Program-made: the position numbers and the translations under genes | NCBI RefSeq assembly: GCF_006345805.1 | Contig: NC_042998.1 | Coordinates: 16,802,001 to 16,866,000, forward strand | Length of the DNA stretch: 64,000 nt | DNA from: Octopus sinensis | Taxonomy: Eukaryota | Direction: 5' to 3' | Shown here: piece by piece, positions 13,609 to 27,169 of the stretch | How the letters are laid out: the number at the start of each line of letters is the position of its first letter | Numbering within the stretch: position 1 is the first letter of the stretch | The notes under the pieces: model-generated | What the model was told of the DNA's origin: nothing | Databases searched by the model: none | Seen by the model: the letters and a program-made list of their open reading frames with translations, nothing else

Positions 13609-14990
13609 ACACACACACACACATACATATATATATATATGTATATATATATATACTTGCAAATATGATGAATGATGAATGACTTTTAATACGAAACCTT
13701 TGTTAATATTTTCTGTAATTTTGGATGTCAAATTAGTGCTCAAGGCTATTATGTCTATTTACGTCACTGTGCATTACAGTTTTCAAATATCACCTGAAAG
13801 ATTTGATTAAATTTGTGGGAACATATTCGCTTTCGTGTACCTTGAAGTATTCATCGCTATTATTCAGAACATATTCTGTCTATTATTTGAAATTAATTTC
13901 TAGAATTATGATCAATTTAAAATTGCCTTAGCGGTTTATTTTAATTTACTTTTAATATCTGGAAGCAAACACTGTTTTAATGATATTTATATTTCATATG
14001 CACATTCGTATCAGACATTTATGAGGAAAGAATGAAGTGAAATGTAAATATTGCAAATTGTTCCCCCTTTGAAAGCTTGTTTTGAACTGAGAAGTTAATA
14101 TATATTATATATGCACTTCATATGTTTCACAACATATTGGATATTCTTACATAGTAAACCTGTATAGAAAATGTTTCCGATGTTTCATCTGATCGATGAT
14201 TAATGCATATAAAACGATTTATATTTTTATATTTTTAAAACTGCCGAAGTTATTTTTAGCTTATCTGACATATTTGTAACTTGGGCAACGAGAAACTTTA
14301 CTGTTTATTCTTCGCAAAATTTTACTTTTATGTTCAATGTGTCCTCAATCTGATAATACATTTCTTGGTCCGTTGAACTCTTCATTCATCAAAAGCACAG
14401 ATAAGAAGAGGAACCTAAATTTTTCAGAAGACCGATGTTGAAGTAACACGTTTGTATGTTAGACAGGAGTATTACAATGATGCACGTCACTCGGTGAGTT
14501 AAGATGTGGGCAACTGCATTTTACAGGTACAAGTGGAGTAGTTTTGACAGGTGGGACATGCTGGTTAAATTGATCCCAAACGGGATCCAAACTTGAACGG
14601 TACTTCAATTTTTCGATCGCACAAGGATGAAGTTTATAGTTGACCTCAGTGGTATTTGAACTCAGAACGTCGCAATAAGGGTTCTACCAGTTTTTCCTTT
14701 TTTATAGTATAGTAAGAGTAATTAATTCTATATTTCCCCTCCTTCAACTTAGATAATATGCAGAATGTCCTCTTATAAGCGCATTTTACAATTTATTATA
14801 CGGTAAATTCGTTACAAACATGAGAATCGAGCACAGCATGCAGATGCATACATACACACACGAACGCACACACACATACACACACACACACTCACACACC
14901 AGATGCACACACGTACATATACATATAAATATATACATACCTATATATATTATATACATACATCTTTATAATTATATATATTATTTTATA

Positions 14991-15130
14991 TATCTTTCTG
15001 TCGAAGAGCGTAGGCTCGAAATGTAAAAGACTTTTTCTATTTCTATTCCTGAGCGCTATACTAATGCATTTGTTGTTGTACTACTCACCAGCCTTCGTCT
15101 TTTGTTTATTTTCGTAAACCTTCCCGTTGG
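14991..15130 (+). mobile_element. Family H terminal repeat with hammerhead-like motif, first of a tandem pair
   Basis: TCTTT-CTGTCGA-AGAGCGTAGGCTC-GAAAT-GTA|AAAGA, followed by (TA)n. Confidence 0.72.
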
Positions 15131-15137
15131 AAATAAT

Positions 15138-15174
<37 letters not shown>

Positions 15175-15179
15175 AGATC

Positions 15180-15380
15180 GTTAGCTCCTACAAGCATCAT
15201 TTTTTTTCTCTCCTTGTTTCTTCTCGCTGTTTCTTTCTGTGTATCTTTCTGTCGAAGATCGTAGGCTCGAAACGTAAAAGACTTGTTCTATTTCTATTCT
15301 GAGCGCCATACTAATACATTTGTTTGTTTTGTACTCCACCAGCCTTCGTCTTTTGTTTATTTTCGTAACCTTCCCGTTGT
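15180..15380 (+). mobile_element. Family H terminal repeat with hammerhead-like motif, second of a tandem pair
   Basis: TCTTT-CTGTCGA-AGATCGTAGGCTC-GAAAC-GTA|AAAGA, followed by (TA)n. Confidence 0.72.
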
Positions 15381-15527
15381 AAATATATATATATATATAT
15401 ATATATAACAAAAACATGTATATGTGTGTGTGAGTGCGAGTGTATGTTTACACTCTCTCTCCTCTCTCTCTCTCTCTCTATATATATATATTATATATAT
15501 ATATATATAGATACATATATATATATA

Positions 15528-15592
<65 letters not shown>

Positions 15593-15741
15593 ATATATAT
15601 ATATATATATTATATATATATATTATTATATATATATCTATATATATATTTATATATATATGTGGTGTGTGTGTGTGTGTGAAAGTAGAACGTAGGAATG
15701 ATTGCTAAACACCACATTGCTGGATAAATTATTTCTATTTC

Positions 15742-15970
15742 TGTGAAGTAAGGCTACCATTGGTTTCATATTAAGGCTAGCGGGAAGATGCCCAAGTGCC
15801 TTAACAATGCTTCAAGTCGGTCACATGGAGAACGCTGTTTGCCGCCATTTTGGAAAACTCCAAATGTAGGCAAACACCTTTCTCCATGTGGTCGGCTTGC
15901 AAATTTGTTAAGATAGTTGGATATTTTGCTACTCTTCTTAACACGAAATCAATCGTAGCCTTAATTCACA
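15742..15970. mobile_element. Foldback MITE-like imperfect palindrome
   Basis: Paired segments: tgtgaagtaaggctac/gtagccttaattcaca, caagtcggtcacatggagaa/ttctccatgtggtcggcttg, tgtttgcc/ggcaaaca. Confidence 0.7.
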
Positions 15971-16928
15971 AATAAAGAAAATATATACATGTGCGTGTGT
16001 GTGTATGTGTCGCTGGCTTGATATTCGATTTGAATTTAATTTAAGCCACCTTGGCCATAGTTTCTCGTCTCATATAGGAGAAATACTATATTAAATTACA
16101 TTGATTTTATGTAAAATGTTTGCCACAAATTTTGTTTCGGTACTGTAACATTATATTATGAAGAGTTGTGAATACGCCGCATTGTTCGCTGCCAGTTGGT
16201 ATTTTATTTCTGCCTCTAACGTAAAGTTTTGTGTCATGAAATTTAACGGTGAGAATGTTATATTGGTATTTGTATCTTACATTGCTAGTCCAAAGATCTG
16301 TCAGTTATTCAGTAGTTTGCAAGCCAGCTGAGGGAATCTTATCCATTCCGTTATTTCTATAATATTTATTCTCTATAAGACAGTTGTAGAATGTCATAAA
16401 ATCTCACTTTCGGTTTTGTAAAATTTTATTGACTCATTGGTCCATATTACAAGATTTCGTTGGTGTTATTATTCAGTAAGATATGTGCAGTTTGGTTAGT
16501 TGCAATGAATGCTGTTCCATTGCATAAGTGTGGCTGCATTTGTACGTGTATCATTACAGAGCCTGCTTTTTTCTAACGCATTTTGTATTCATTATTACTT
16601 AACGCTTATTTTACATGCAATATCTTGATTATACCCTTTAGCAAAAGAGGAGAATTCCTACTAAGAAGGGTTCTGATGACAGATGCCACGTAAATATTAA
16701 TACACGGCGATTCACCGTGTATTTATAAACATGATTACGTCTATTGTTTTGTCTTTTCAATAACACTTTATTTTCGAAATATTGAGGTAGTGTTACAAAC
16801 TCAAATGCTATCAGATCATTATTGGTTACGTCGACCATCGTGCTTGTCTGTATTGATCACACTAAGTTTATCAAAAATATACCTTGTAGCGTCATTTTCA
16901 ATTTGTGATAAATTTCGCTCTCTCTCCA

Positions 16929-17011
<83 letters not shown>

Positions 17012-17912
17012 GTGTGTGTGTGTGTGTATATTTGTTTCTCTTTCCAAGAGAAACTTCCTTTTCAGTAATTTGTTGATAGATTTAATAAAATTAAATTCCT
17101 AAATGAAAATATGTGAGATAACTCTAATATAATGGCAATAAATAATGGCTTATTTTAAGCCTTAGTTTCAAGACGGAAATATATCTAATGGTAGCAATTA
17201 TCAATTTTGTTACTTATACTTTTCACGCATAAATGTATCTTTAATATTATACAAAGAATAACTGAATTGGTAAGATTAGAAATAAAAAAAAGCGTATAAA
17301 CAGCACTTGAGTTTCCATAATCTAAATCCAAAGAAATGCTTCAATATTCATAATGAATGCACTCCTACACGGTCGTCTTCAATAAATAATTTATTAGAAA
17401 ATTTGCAAGATTTGTAAATATGACAAGAAGCGACATATATGCATATAGCATATTACATTAAAAAAATACATGTAACAGCTGTTCAACCCAGTAAAACCTA
17501 ACATATGAACAGACATATCACCTGTTTCAAACATTTCATGAAAGCGAAATGTGGTCATTACTACAAACGACAAACGCCGATATACTTCGTATCTTATTAT
17601 TCTTGGACTAGGTGTCATAGTAGTCGCCGCCATTGGTAATATCCTAGCGAATCGTGATCGTATTCTTCATTTACTTTTTTTTCCCTTTGCTTCGGATAGA
17701 GTGATCTGGATTGGATTGCTAAATCTATCGGTTCTTCGATATTACAAGTTGCGAACGGGAATATAATTAGAAAACGGTTAAAAGCAGCGAATCGTGGCTT
17801 TATTTTGAAGAGAGTGGTGAGAATAAAAGTTTCAAGCCTCACACGAAATATCGAAATGAAAAAAAATTCCATTTTAGTAGATACATTTCAAAATGATAAA
17901 AATGTATATATG

Positions 17913-17955
<43 letters not shown>

Positions 17956-17976
17956 CTCTCTCTCTCTCTCTCTTTA

Positions 17977-18010
<34 letters not shown>

Positions 18011-18399
18011 TCTTCTTTCCTCTCTCTCCCTCCTCTCTCTCTCTCTCTCTCTCTCTCTCCAGTATATTATGTGTTAGTAAAAATAAACCTCATATTCACT
18101 CGCAGTCGTAACAGAAACGTTTCACAGTAAAATATCATATAGTGTTTCGTATAATACATTTACTCTGATTACACAAAAATTCATGGAAACAGAGCATTGC
18201 ATATATGACAAATGACTATGAACACGATGCTGAAATAACTAAGATTAACCACTTTCATATTAACACAAATCCAGAATAGAAGGAAATACAAATATTAATT
18301 CACAATTCTAAAGTAATTTATACATTTCGGTGTCCTCAAGGAAACCGCGAACTTTGTGAAACTATCTATATGTTTTACATGAGAGCAACATTTCTTCTG

Positions 18400-19680
18400 A
18401 AAGTGATCGTGGATTTAGAACAAGAAACTAAAATTCGATACGAAACAGGAGGTGGCAATAAATAATTTCTTTGTAGATTCCCACAAGTAACGACAAGAAC
18501 ATCTATGATCGCATTGCTACAGAAATTACATAACTCAGAATTAAAACTGAGATACAGGGTGTAAGAATAATATTAAAATTCAGTCCTGAAAAGATTCATC
18601 AGTTCTCCACGATTCTCAGTAATCCATTGCAAAGATCACAGAAGCAAATCTTTCAACGATAATTGCATTTGAAGCAGCATCTGAGAATTCTTTGAAACGT
18701 TATGTTTTAAAGAATTTAAGAACATTAACATTCACATGTAGCATAAAAATATTATGCTCTTTCGACCATAAAGATGTGTAAAGATATCATTTAATGCTTC
18801 TGTTACATTTTGAGAAAGATTTCATTTAACAAATATCAGACAAGAAATGCTCTTCGCGGAAAAAATGTTATCGCTTGATAAATCAGTTCTTCGTTACACT
18901 AGATCAGATAGAAATGTCAGTGATATTACTCATTCGCCGAGTTCTTGGACTACTTTCTATTTCACATTTGTCATAGTAAATCTTTCTTAAAATATAATGA
19001 AAGTCTTGGACAACATATCTAATGTCATAAAAAAGAAAGATGTCATTGTCTTTTTTATGAATATCACCTACTGTATTTTGCCCAATTCCACCCCTCTATT
19101 TTAAAAGTTCTTCGATATTTTTATATCATTTACAGAGAATAATTAATAAGCGTTCTATGAAATTATCATACAGCTGCTACATAATATGAAGAGTATTATT
19201 ACACGAGATCAATACCATGAGCCTAAATCCAGTTGTTGCTGTCGTGACGCAGGATCTTGTCTACTTGAACAACGATGTATGATAAAATTTGTCATATACG
19301 TCACAGAAGTTACTGCAACGCTAAAACATAATAAAACGGATAAGAAGCCCTATGTTGGATTATGTGAAAGGTAATTTAAAAATCGCTATGCCAATCACAT
19401 AGCCTCTTACCGACATGAGGACAAAAGCAAAGCTGCTCAGTTTGCTAGAAACGTATGGAGTTTGAAAGATTACACAATACCACATATCATTAAGTGGAAA
19501 ATATAAAGTAATCCATTCCTTAAGTAAATGCATGAAATAAATGCAGGCTATGTTTAGCTGAAAAACCTGATATCCTTTTCAGATCTAAGACCTATAACTC
19601 TCTACTAAGCACTAGATTTTAAATTGTCAGTGGTTGCAAGTATATGTAAAAATGTATTCTGAAGTATTGGAAAACTCCGA
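18400..19680 (+). mobile_element. Decayed Penelope-like element; GIY-YIG endonuclease remnant at ~19120-19680
   Basis: KLSYSC..NMKSII..CCCR..C..C..VIY..V..YVGLCE*FKNRYANH..VWSLK..IKWKI..CRLCLAEK, the typical C-terminal PLE endonuclease pattern, with stops and frameshifts. Upstream RT traces are weak. Confidence 0.8.
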
Positions 19681-20118
19681 CTATAAGTTATTAATTTGTC
19701 GATATCTTTACCGCTTTATGAATTAAAGTCTAAGGAGTATATCTCTTACATTTTTTACCATTTTACATTTTAGTTCTTTGCTTTTTTGTTTTTCAGTTTT
19801 TTAACCGCCCGCATTTTCCATATGTTGCTTTGTAAGCTTTTTCGTGTTTCTTGTATTATTCAATTTGTTCACTTCATTATCATTTGTGGTCTGTTCTTGA
19901 TGAGTATGTTTGAAATATTTATCAGCGTATATTTTAGACATGTATTGTGTCCTTTAAATAAATAATAAATATCTCTCACCAGATGGAGTAACATTTGTTG
20001 AAATTTCTATCACGAAATAGTACATTATATGTGCGTGGGTGTGTGAGTTCGCGCGCGCCTGTATATATGAGTACTTATATGTATATATATATATATATAT
20101 TATATATATATATATATC

Positions 20119-20156
<38 letters not shown>

Positions 20157-20159
<3 letters not shown>

Positions 20160-20169
20160 AGGTAGATAT

Positions 20170-20260
<91 letters not shown>

Positions 20261-20262
20261 TA

Positions 20263-20292
<30 letters not shown>
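20157..20292. repeat. (GATA)n microsatellite
   Basis: Visible directly in the sequence. Confidence 0.95.
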
Positions 20293-20293
<1 letters not shown>

Positions 20294-20299
20294 TTGTAT

Positions 20300-20500
20300 A
20301 TATTGCAAAGTTACCGAAAAAAAGGACGAAGACAGGTGATGGAACAACAAGAAATTGAATTAGTTTAACGCTTGCAAAGAAAGGAAAAGTCTTGATGCTT
20401 CATATCTGTCTTTGACACAAAGGATTGGGAGAGAATAATGGAGAGAGAACGAAATAAAACGGAGAGAGGAAAACAATGTATAGCGACTAACGGTTGAATA
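20300..20500 (-). mobile_element. Diverged family H terminal repeat
   Basis: gacgaagacaggtgatggaacaacaa...ttagtttaacgct matches the 12212 and 37156 copies. The ribozyme core is decayed. Confidence 0.55.
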
Positions 20501-20659
20501 TGGTGTATAAACACACGCGCCACACGCACACACATATACACACATATCTATATATATATATCCTACATTAAATATATGTGTGTGTGTGTGCGTGTGGGTG
20601 TATATGTGAGTGTTCTGTGCGTATTCATATATACGCATATATAAATACTGCGAATATAT

Positions 20660-20695
<36 letters not shown>

Positions 20696-20891
20696 TATAT
20701 ATATAATCAACATACTAAGTGTACTTATAACTTCCTCAGTAACATCATCATGCGTAAGTAATTCATTCAAGTAAATAATGGAATGAATAATCTGGTTCAG
20801 TCCTCTCTTTTCATAAAGCACCTCTGGTTATTTATTGTTTTATAATTTTCCTTTCTTAGACAATCTTTTCCGGAAAGTTCGTCGGGAATAC

Positions 20892-21297
20892 TCTCTCTTT
20901 TACTATTTTACTCTTTTACTTGTTTCAGTAATTTGACTGCGGCCATGCTGGAGCACCGCCTTTCGTCGAGCAAATCGACCCCAGGACTTATTCTTTGTAG
21001 GCCCAGTACTTATTCTATCCGTCTCTTTTGCCGAACCGCTAAGTTACGGGGACGTAAACACACCAGCATCGGTTGTCAAGCAATGCTAGTGGGACAAACC
21101 CACACACACATTTATATATATACATACATATATACGACAGGCTTCTTTCAGTTTCCGTCTACCAAATCCACTCACAAGGCATTGGTCGGCCCGGGGCTAT
21201 AGCAAAAGACACTTGCCCAAGATGCCACGCAGTGGGACTGAACCCGGAACCATGTGGTTGGTTAGCAAGCTACTTTACCACACAGCCACTCCTGCGG
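20892..21297 (-). mobile_element. SINE family A
   Basis: Full-length match to the other family A copies. Confidence 0.9.
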
Positions 21298-21710
21298 CTG
21301 TACGTTTTTTTTTTACCAAACACCACAAGAAGTGATGCCATGTTATAACCATTGGATTTCGAATAAATGGTGCATAAATGTTTTTTAAAATAATTTGTGA
21401 TATATAATCTAATTTCATATTTGTGATATTTCTTTCAGCTGTTACTACCAAGTTAATAGTTTCCAGTTGTATATTACCAGGTCTGGTTATATAATTTACA
21501 GTTGCATTTACAGGAGCATTTTTGATTCTCGACAAGATGAAAGGATGCGCATCATGTTGATTTCTAGATATCGACATTTTTGCATTTATAAAATACGATA
21601 AAATAAAATTATTTTATTCAGTCTGTTTAGTCGTTTCCGATACACCAGCTAAGCATGAGAATGTGTATGTACGTAAGTGTGTGTATATGAATATGTATAT
21701 ATTATATATA

Positions 21711-21754
<44 letters not shown>

Positions 21755-21796
21755 CATACATACATATATATATATATAATATATATATATATATAT

Positions 21797-21855
<59 letters not shown>

Positions 21856-21914
21856 TTAAGAAGTGGAGTCAATCGCGGGTATTATTCAAATCAATGATAC
21901 TTCCAAATATATAC

Positions 21915-22764
21915 ACGAAGTCTGATCAATAAGCATCCTCAATGTTGCCATAGTAACGCAGCTAAAGCACTCAGAGTGAAGCCACTTGGGATTAACCTTC
22001 AACACTGTTGAACACTGTTGAGTGTATGCACTAAGTTTGAACACTGTTGAGTGTATGCACTAAGTTTGAACGTTGTAGCTCACTTCCGCTGTTTACAAAA
22101 GTGCTCGGATGGAAGGTTTGTAGTGTGTGATTGTCGCATTAACCATGACAGAGAAAGTAGCTGCAAGTGTATGGAGAGGAGTGTACGACCGCACACAGGG
22201 ACAGGGATGGTCCAGACGTTTCGAAGATGACCGAAAAACTGGCGACATTGATGAACGTTCTCAGCGACCCACAACCAGCAGGATTGAGAAAAATATCGCA
22301 GATATGCGTGCAGCTATGAGGGGAAATCGTCGAATCACCATCCGTGACATATCAGAGGATGGGGAGATTAGCTACGGTTCAATTCAGTCTATTATCACTG
22401 AAGTTTTATATTTAAGATGCGTATCTGCCAAGTTTGCACCAAAGCTGATTTCAACTGACCAAAAAGACACTCTGGTTTCAGATGCACATGATCTCCTTGA
22501 TTGCGTCGCAAAAGATTGAAATATTTCTGAAAATATTGCCTCTGACCAGGTATTGTAAAGATCATGCCAAACTTTGATGCAGACTATTTTCTAAAATTTC
22601 ACTGTAATAGTCAATGCCAAGGTCACACGCTACACGCCTTCCTTCCAAGCACTTTTGTAAATGGAGGAAGTGAGCTAAGCTCAATCTGTACCAAGCGGGT
22701 TTAGTCTGAGTACTTCAGCGCCATTACTATTGCAAAACTCCGGATAGTTACTTATCAGACCACG
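21915..22764 (+). mobile_element. Internally deleted mariner element (transposase HTH region at 22127-22519)
   Basis: WSRRFEDDR..DERSQRPTTS..NRRITIRDI..ISYGSIQSII..RCVSAKFAPKLISTDQK is the mariner N-terminal signature. Imperfect inverted ends (gtctgatcaataagcatcc / ggatagttacttatcagac) with TA nearby. Confidence 0.85.
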
Positions 22765-23246
22765 CATATGTATATATATATTAAGACAGATAGATAGATA
22801 GATAGACAAAAATATAGATAGATAGATAGGTAGGTAGAGAACCGGGCTTATTTTTGTGTGCATATGTAGGAATGAATGCATATATGTGTGTATGTATGTG
22901 TGTGTGAGAGAGAAGGAGAGTCTGTGTTTGTGTTATGAAAATGTAATCATAAGATCTAAGGATCTAAGTGTTGGATGTTTGTAAGCATAAAACAGTCCCT
23001 GGTAGGTATACAAGAAAACAACGTTCAGGAACAATAATAATTTATTGGCTTATGTCATAGGCATTTCCAATATCGAAGTTAGAGAACCTGAAATACATAG
23101 CTTGCAGTTAGCATCTTGAGTCCCTATGAAAGCCAATAAAACGCTAAATTGTGGGAGTGGAGCTCGTTCAATTCAAATTATGTATTCGGCGATTTAACCT
23201 CTGGGTCTTTAATGACTATGCAACCCTCGGATGATTAATATATCTT

Positions 23247-23330
23247 CGGCCTGATGAGTAGCTAGTTTAGTAACGCTCATTGAGTAATTATGACATCGGT
23301 GCTTCTGCTCATTAGAAAACATATGTAGCC
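23247..23330 (+). ncRNA. Hammerhead-like motif
   Basis: GGC-CTGATGA-GTAG...CTGCTCATTA-GAAAAC-ATAT-GTA|GCC. Stem I GGC/GCC, palindrome ACATATGT, one extra A in the core. Confidence 0.5.
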
Positions 23331-23732
23331 TCGATTTTATCTTGTCCATTCCCTCAAATTTTGATGTTTGCATGTGTGTGTTTGTGTGTGGTTGTGTGTG
23401 TGTAGGTGTGTGTATGTATGTGTTTGTATAGATATAAACAATTATTGGTTTTTATTAAAAGCGACAAAATGTGCAACGTACGATACACAACGGAAGATAG
23501 TACAGTAATGCAGTAATGCCATTAGGACAGCAACAATAGAGGGTAAATTACCATTCCAACAAGGTGTTTATATTCAATTTAACTTAATATTAAAGCACTC
23601 ACCAAGAGTCTCGGGTGATGTGGGTTCGAGTCCCAGGAATGTTTCTTGACATTTTCTCCGCCTTGAAAAGATAATTTACCCACTATTTTTGCTGCCCTAA
23701 CATCATTACTACATTCGAAAAATATCATCTTG

Positions 23733-23786
<54 letters not shown>

Positions 23787-24818
23787 AGCAATGATAAATC
23801 TCAGAGCGAGTTATAAACAATAGCGGCAAATGGCAAATATGCGTCACGATATATATTTAAGAATTTATGAAAATTCTATATTTAGGAGAAAACTCCGTGT
23901 TGATCTAAAATAATATAATCTCATTTCATTGAGGCTTCTTGAAGAAGTCAAAGATCAGTATTGCATTGTTTAGAAACACTGCATATAATACAAATTAGCA
24001 ATTCATGCAAGATTCGATAGTTGGCTACTGATAGTATTCTACTGGTGCTTTAATTCCTTTAATTTAAATTTTTATTTAATTCTTTAAACTCTTTAAATTC
24101 TTTAAATTGAAATTCTTATAATACTAGATACCCGCGTTTAGGATTGCTGTTGAGGGAGGTCACTGTTTTCCACATTCCAGATTTAATAAGAATATCTAAA
24201 GGTATACGGCTCTTTTTTAGGTATGCGGAGCGGAGATTTTCGTAAGAAGCATGAAATATTTGCTTAAACACCCCTATACTGTAGTTATATTAGTTGCATA
24301 ATTTATTGAAAATCTGCATACGGTTATATAATACTCCAATTTAATATCTAAAATATCTAATGCGCTTGCATGTGAAGCAATTTCCTATTATGACAACATT
24401 TTGTTTTTCTTTCGAAAAGTTAAATGCTATATTCCAGTCAATATTTCTCTGTAATGTAGGTGAAAGTAATTCATAAATTCAGAAGATATGTAATTGAAAT
24501 TTGATGCCAAATATACTTGATTTCCGAATTGTCAGTTTGGAAACTGCAAAATACTTGAACTCTCATAATATATATAGCTGTACATGTAATATGATTGCAA
24601 AAATTATATGACATAATGATATGATGTAATTTTGTTTTCATATTCATGATGTTTTACTTTATCTTACAATAATTTATTTTACATGTTTTACTTCCTTAGA
24701 GAATACATCAAGTTTGGGAAATTTATGTGCTTATAGTCGAAACTTGCACAAAAATGTAAAATTGGCTTATATTCAATGACAACTGATCTTTTTCTTTCCC
24801 TAAGAATCGGCTCCCAGA

Positions 24819-24979
24819 ATATTTTATGGATGTTACTGTGTTATATTTTTCACTCAAAATATATACTTGGAAATTAAAGAGATTCAATACTTATACATAG
24901 GTTTTCGAATACGTTTATTATTTCGTTATACGTAGATACATACAAAACATACACACATACATACACACCAGACACATAA

Positions 24980-25021
<42 letters not shown>

Positions 25022-25128
25022 GTGTGTGTTTTTGATATATATATACATGTGCATATATATATATATCTATAAATATATATATATATATTTATATATATAT
25101 ATATATATATATCAAAACACACACACAA

Positions 25129-25194
<66 letters not shown>

Positions 25195-25347
25195 CTGGTG
25201 TGTATGTATGTGTGTATGTTTTGTATGTATCTACGTATAACGAAATAATAAACGTATTCGAAAACCTATGTATAAGTATTGAATCTCTTTAATTTCCAAG
25301 TATATATTTTGAGTGAAACATATAACACAGTAACATCCATAAAATAT
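24819..25347. repeat. ~530-bp foldback palindrome centred on (TA)n
   Basis: The unique arms are near-exact reverse complements. The two opposite-strand ORFs end in the identical peptide ...[20 protein letters not shown]. Confidence 0.95.
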
Positions 25348-25384
25348 ATATATGAATATGTATCAACTTAAACCCTTAAAAATG

Positions 25385-25675
25385 TTTCAGCCCGAAAGCT
25401 GCCGCCATGCTGGTGCACCACCGTTGAATGTGCTACACTAGTATGTAAAACCATCTCTGACACGTGGCACTTGGTCAACAAGGGAGTTCGACGCCGCTGC
25501 CCGGATCTGTTTCCTGCCGAGAGGTAAGTTCATCTGGAACCCCTGACAGAAAGAGATCCACTTTTGTTTTAAGAAAACCCACATCCACACCATGCAGGTC
25601 TCTCAGGCAGTTAGGAAGGATATTGAAGAGCTGTGGTCCCCTGAAACCCAAGCTGTTGCAGTATCCGGTCCTGTA
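25385..25675 (-). mobile_element. 3' end of a CR1/L2-group-like LINE (ORF2 C-terminus plus tail)
   Basis: [59 protein letters not shown], then tail GGTGGTGCACCAGCATGGCGGCAGCTTTCGGGCTGAAAC. The 5' end is truncated at (TA)n. Confidence 0.78.
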
Positions 25676-25678
25676 TTT

Positions 25679-25767
<89 letters not shown>

Positions 25768-25804
25768 GTATATATATACATATATATATGTGTGTGTGTG
25801 GGTG

Positions 25805-25843
<39 letters not shown>

Positions 25844-25861
25844 TGTGTATGTATGTATATA

Positions 25862-25930
<69 letters not shown>

Positions 25931-26256
25931 GTATGTACCTACGGTCTATATAATTTTAAACGAGAACGATATCTTTGTTTCACTTGTATTCAACCCATAA
26001 ACCACATGAATTACATACAGATTTTCTACGTATTGTTGTTAGACAGCAGACTACTAGAAGTGTCAATGCTCTAGAGAAAATGCTTTAGGTTATTTCTACC
26101 GACGCTGCATAACTTATCTCAACCTACGTAGGCGAGCCACACGTCACAGACATATTTGAGAGAATACAAAAATAATAATACTGCCTCTTCAATTATGTCG
26201 AGTAGTATCTGATCCGGTCCTTTTCAGTCTTACCCATCCTCTTCGTGCATTTTACT

Positions 26257-26650
26257 TGTTATTGTGGAAGCACTCCGTCGGTTACGACGACGAGGGTTCC
26301 GGTTGATCCGAATCAACGGAACAGCCTGCTCTTGAAATTAACGTGTAAGTGGCTGAGCATTCCACAGACACGTGTACCCTTAACGTAGTTCTCGGGGATA
26401 TTCAGTGTGACACAGAGAGTGACAAGGCCAGCCCCTTTGAAATACAGGTACAACAGAAACAGGAAGTAAGAGTGAGAGAAAGTTGTGGTGAAAGAGTACA
26501 GCAGGTATCACCACCATCCCCTGCCGGAGCCTCGTGGAGCTTTAGGTGTTTTCGCTCAATAAACACTCACAACGCCCGGTCTGGGAATCGAAACCGCGAT
26601 CCTACGACCGCGAGTCCGCTGCCCTAACCACTGGGCCATTGCGCCTTCAC
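26257..26650 (-). mobile_element. tRNA-derived SINE, family C
   Basis: Head GGCGCAATGGCCCAGTGGTTAGGGCAGCGGACTCGCGGTCGTAGGATCGCGGTTTCGATTCC with A and B boxes. Head shared with the 34177 and 52195 copies. Confidence 0.87.
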
Positions 26651-27124
26651 AGTAGTTTATATTAATAGATCCAAATTACACAAACTACAAACGACACAGA
26701 ATATAATAGGGGAGGAAATAGGGCGTTACAAAGCCAACAGCTGTTTTTCTTCTTGCGGGGGGTGGGTCGAATACTCATCAAAATCTCGGTAAATGTACTT
26801 CATTACAATAAGCAGACCGTAATGGAAGCAATCAACATTGGATAACTCGATCATCCGTCATCAAGGAAGAAAGGATCTTACATTTCAGATCACGGTGAAG
26901 TGAAGTTCAAAGGTGGAATAATGAAATGTGGATAGTAAGAAGTATTAAGGGGGAGGGCGTAGGAGAGTTGATGGGGATATGCAGAGTGTTGAGACGGAAT
27001 TGTAAGATGAGATAACGGAACTCGTTGAGGAAGACAGAGGGGTAGTAATAATTTAATTTGTTGATCCGCGTGATTGCCTATCTCTATCTTTTTCTTTCCC
27101 CCCTCTAACTTTCTCTTTTTCCTT

Positions 27125-27169
<45 letters not shown>

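Noticed and set aside
16670-16790. CTGATGA plus hairpin at ~16676, and TGATGAG plus hairpin at ~19898
   Set aside because: No correctly placed GAAA or stem I, so at best decayed remnants. The partial motifs at 12916-12948 and ~61315-61345 were dropped for similarly incomplete cores.
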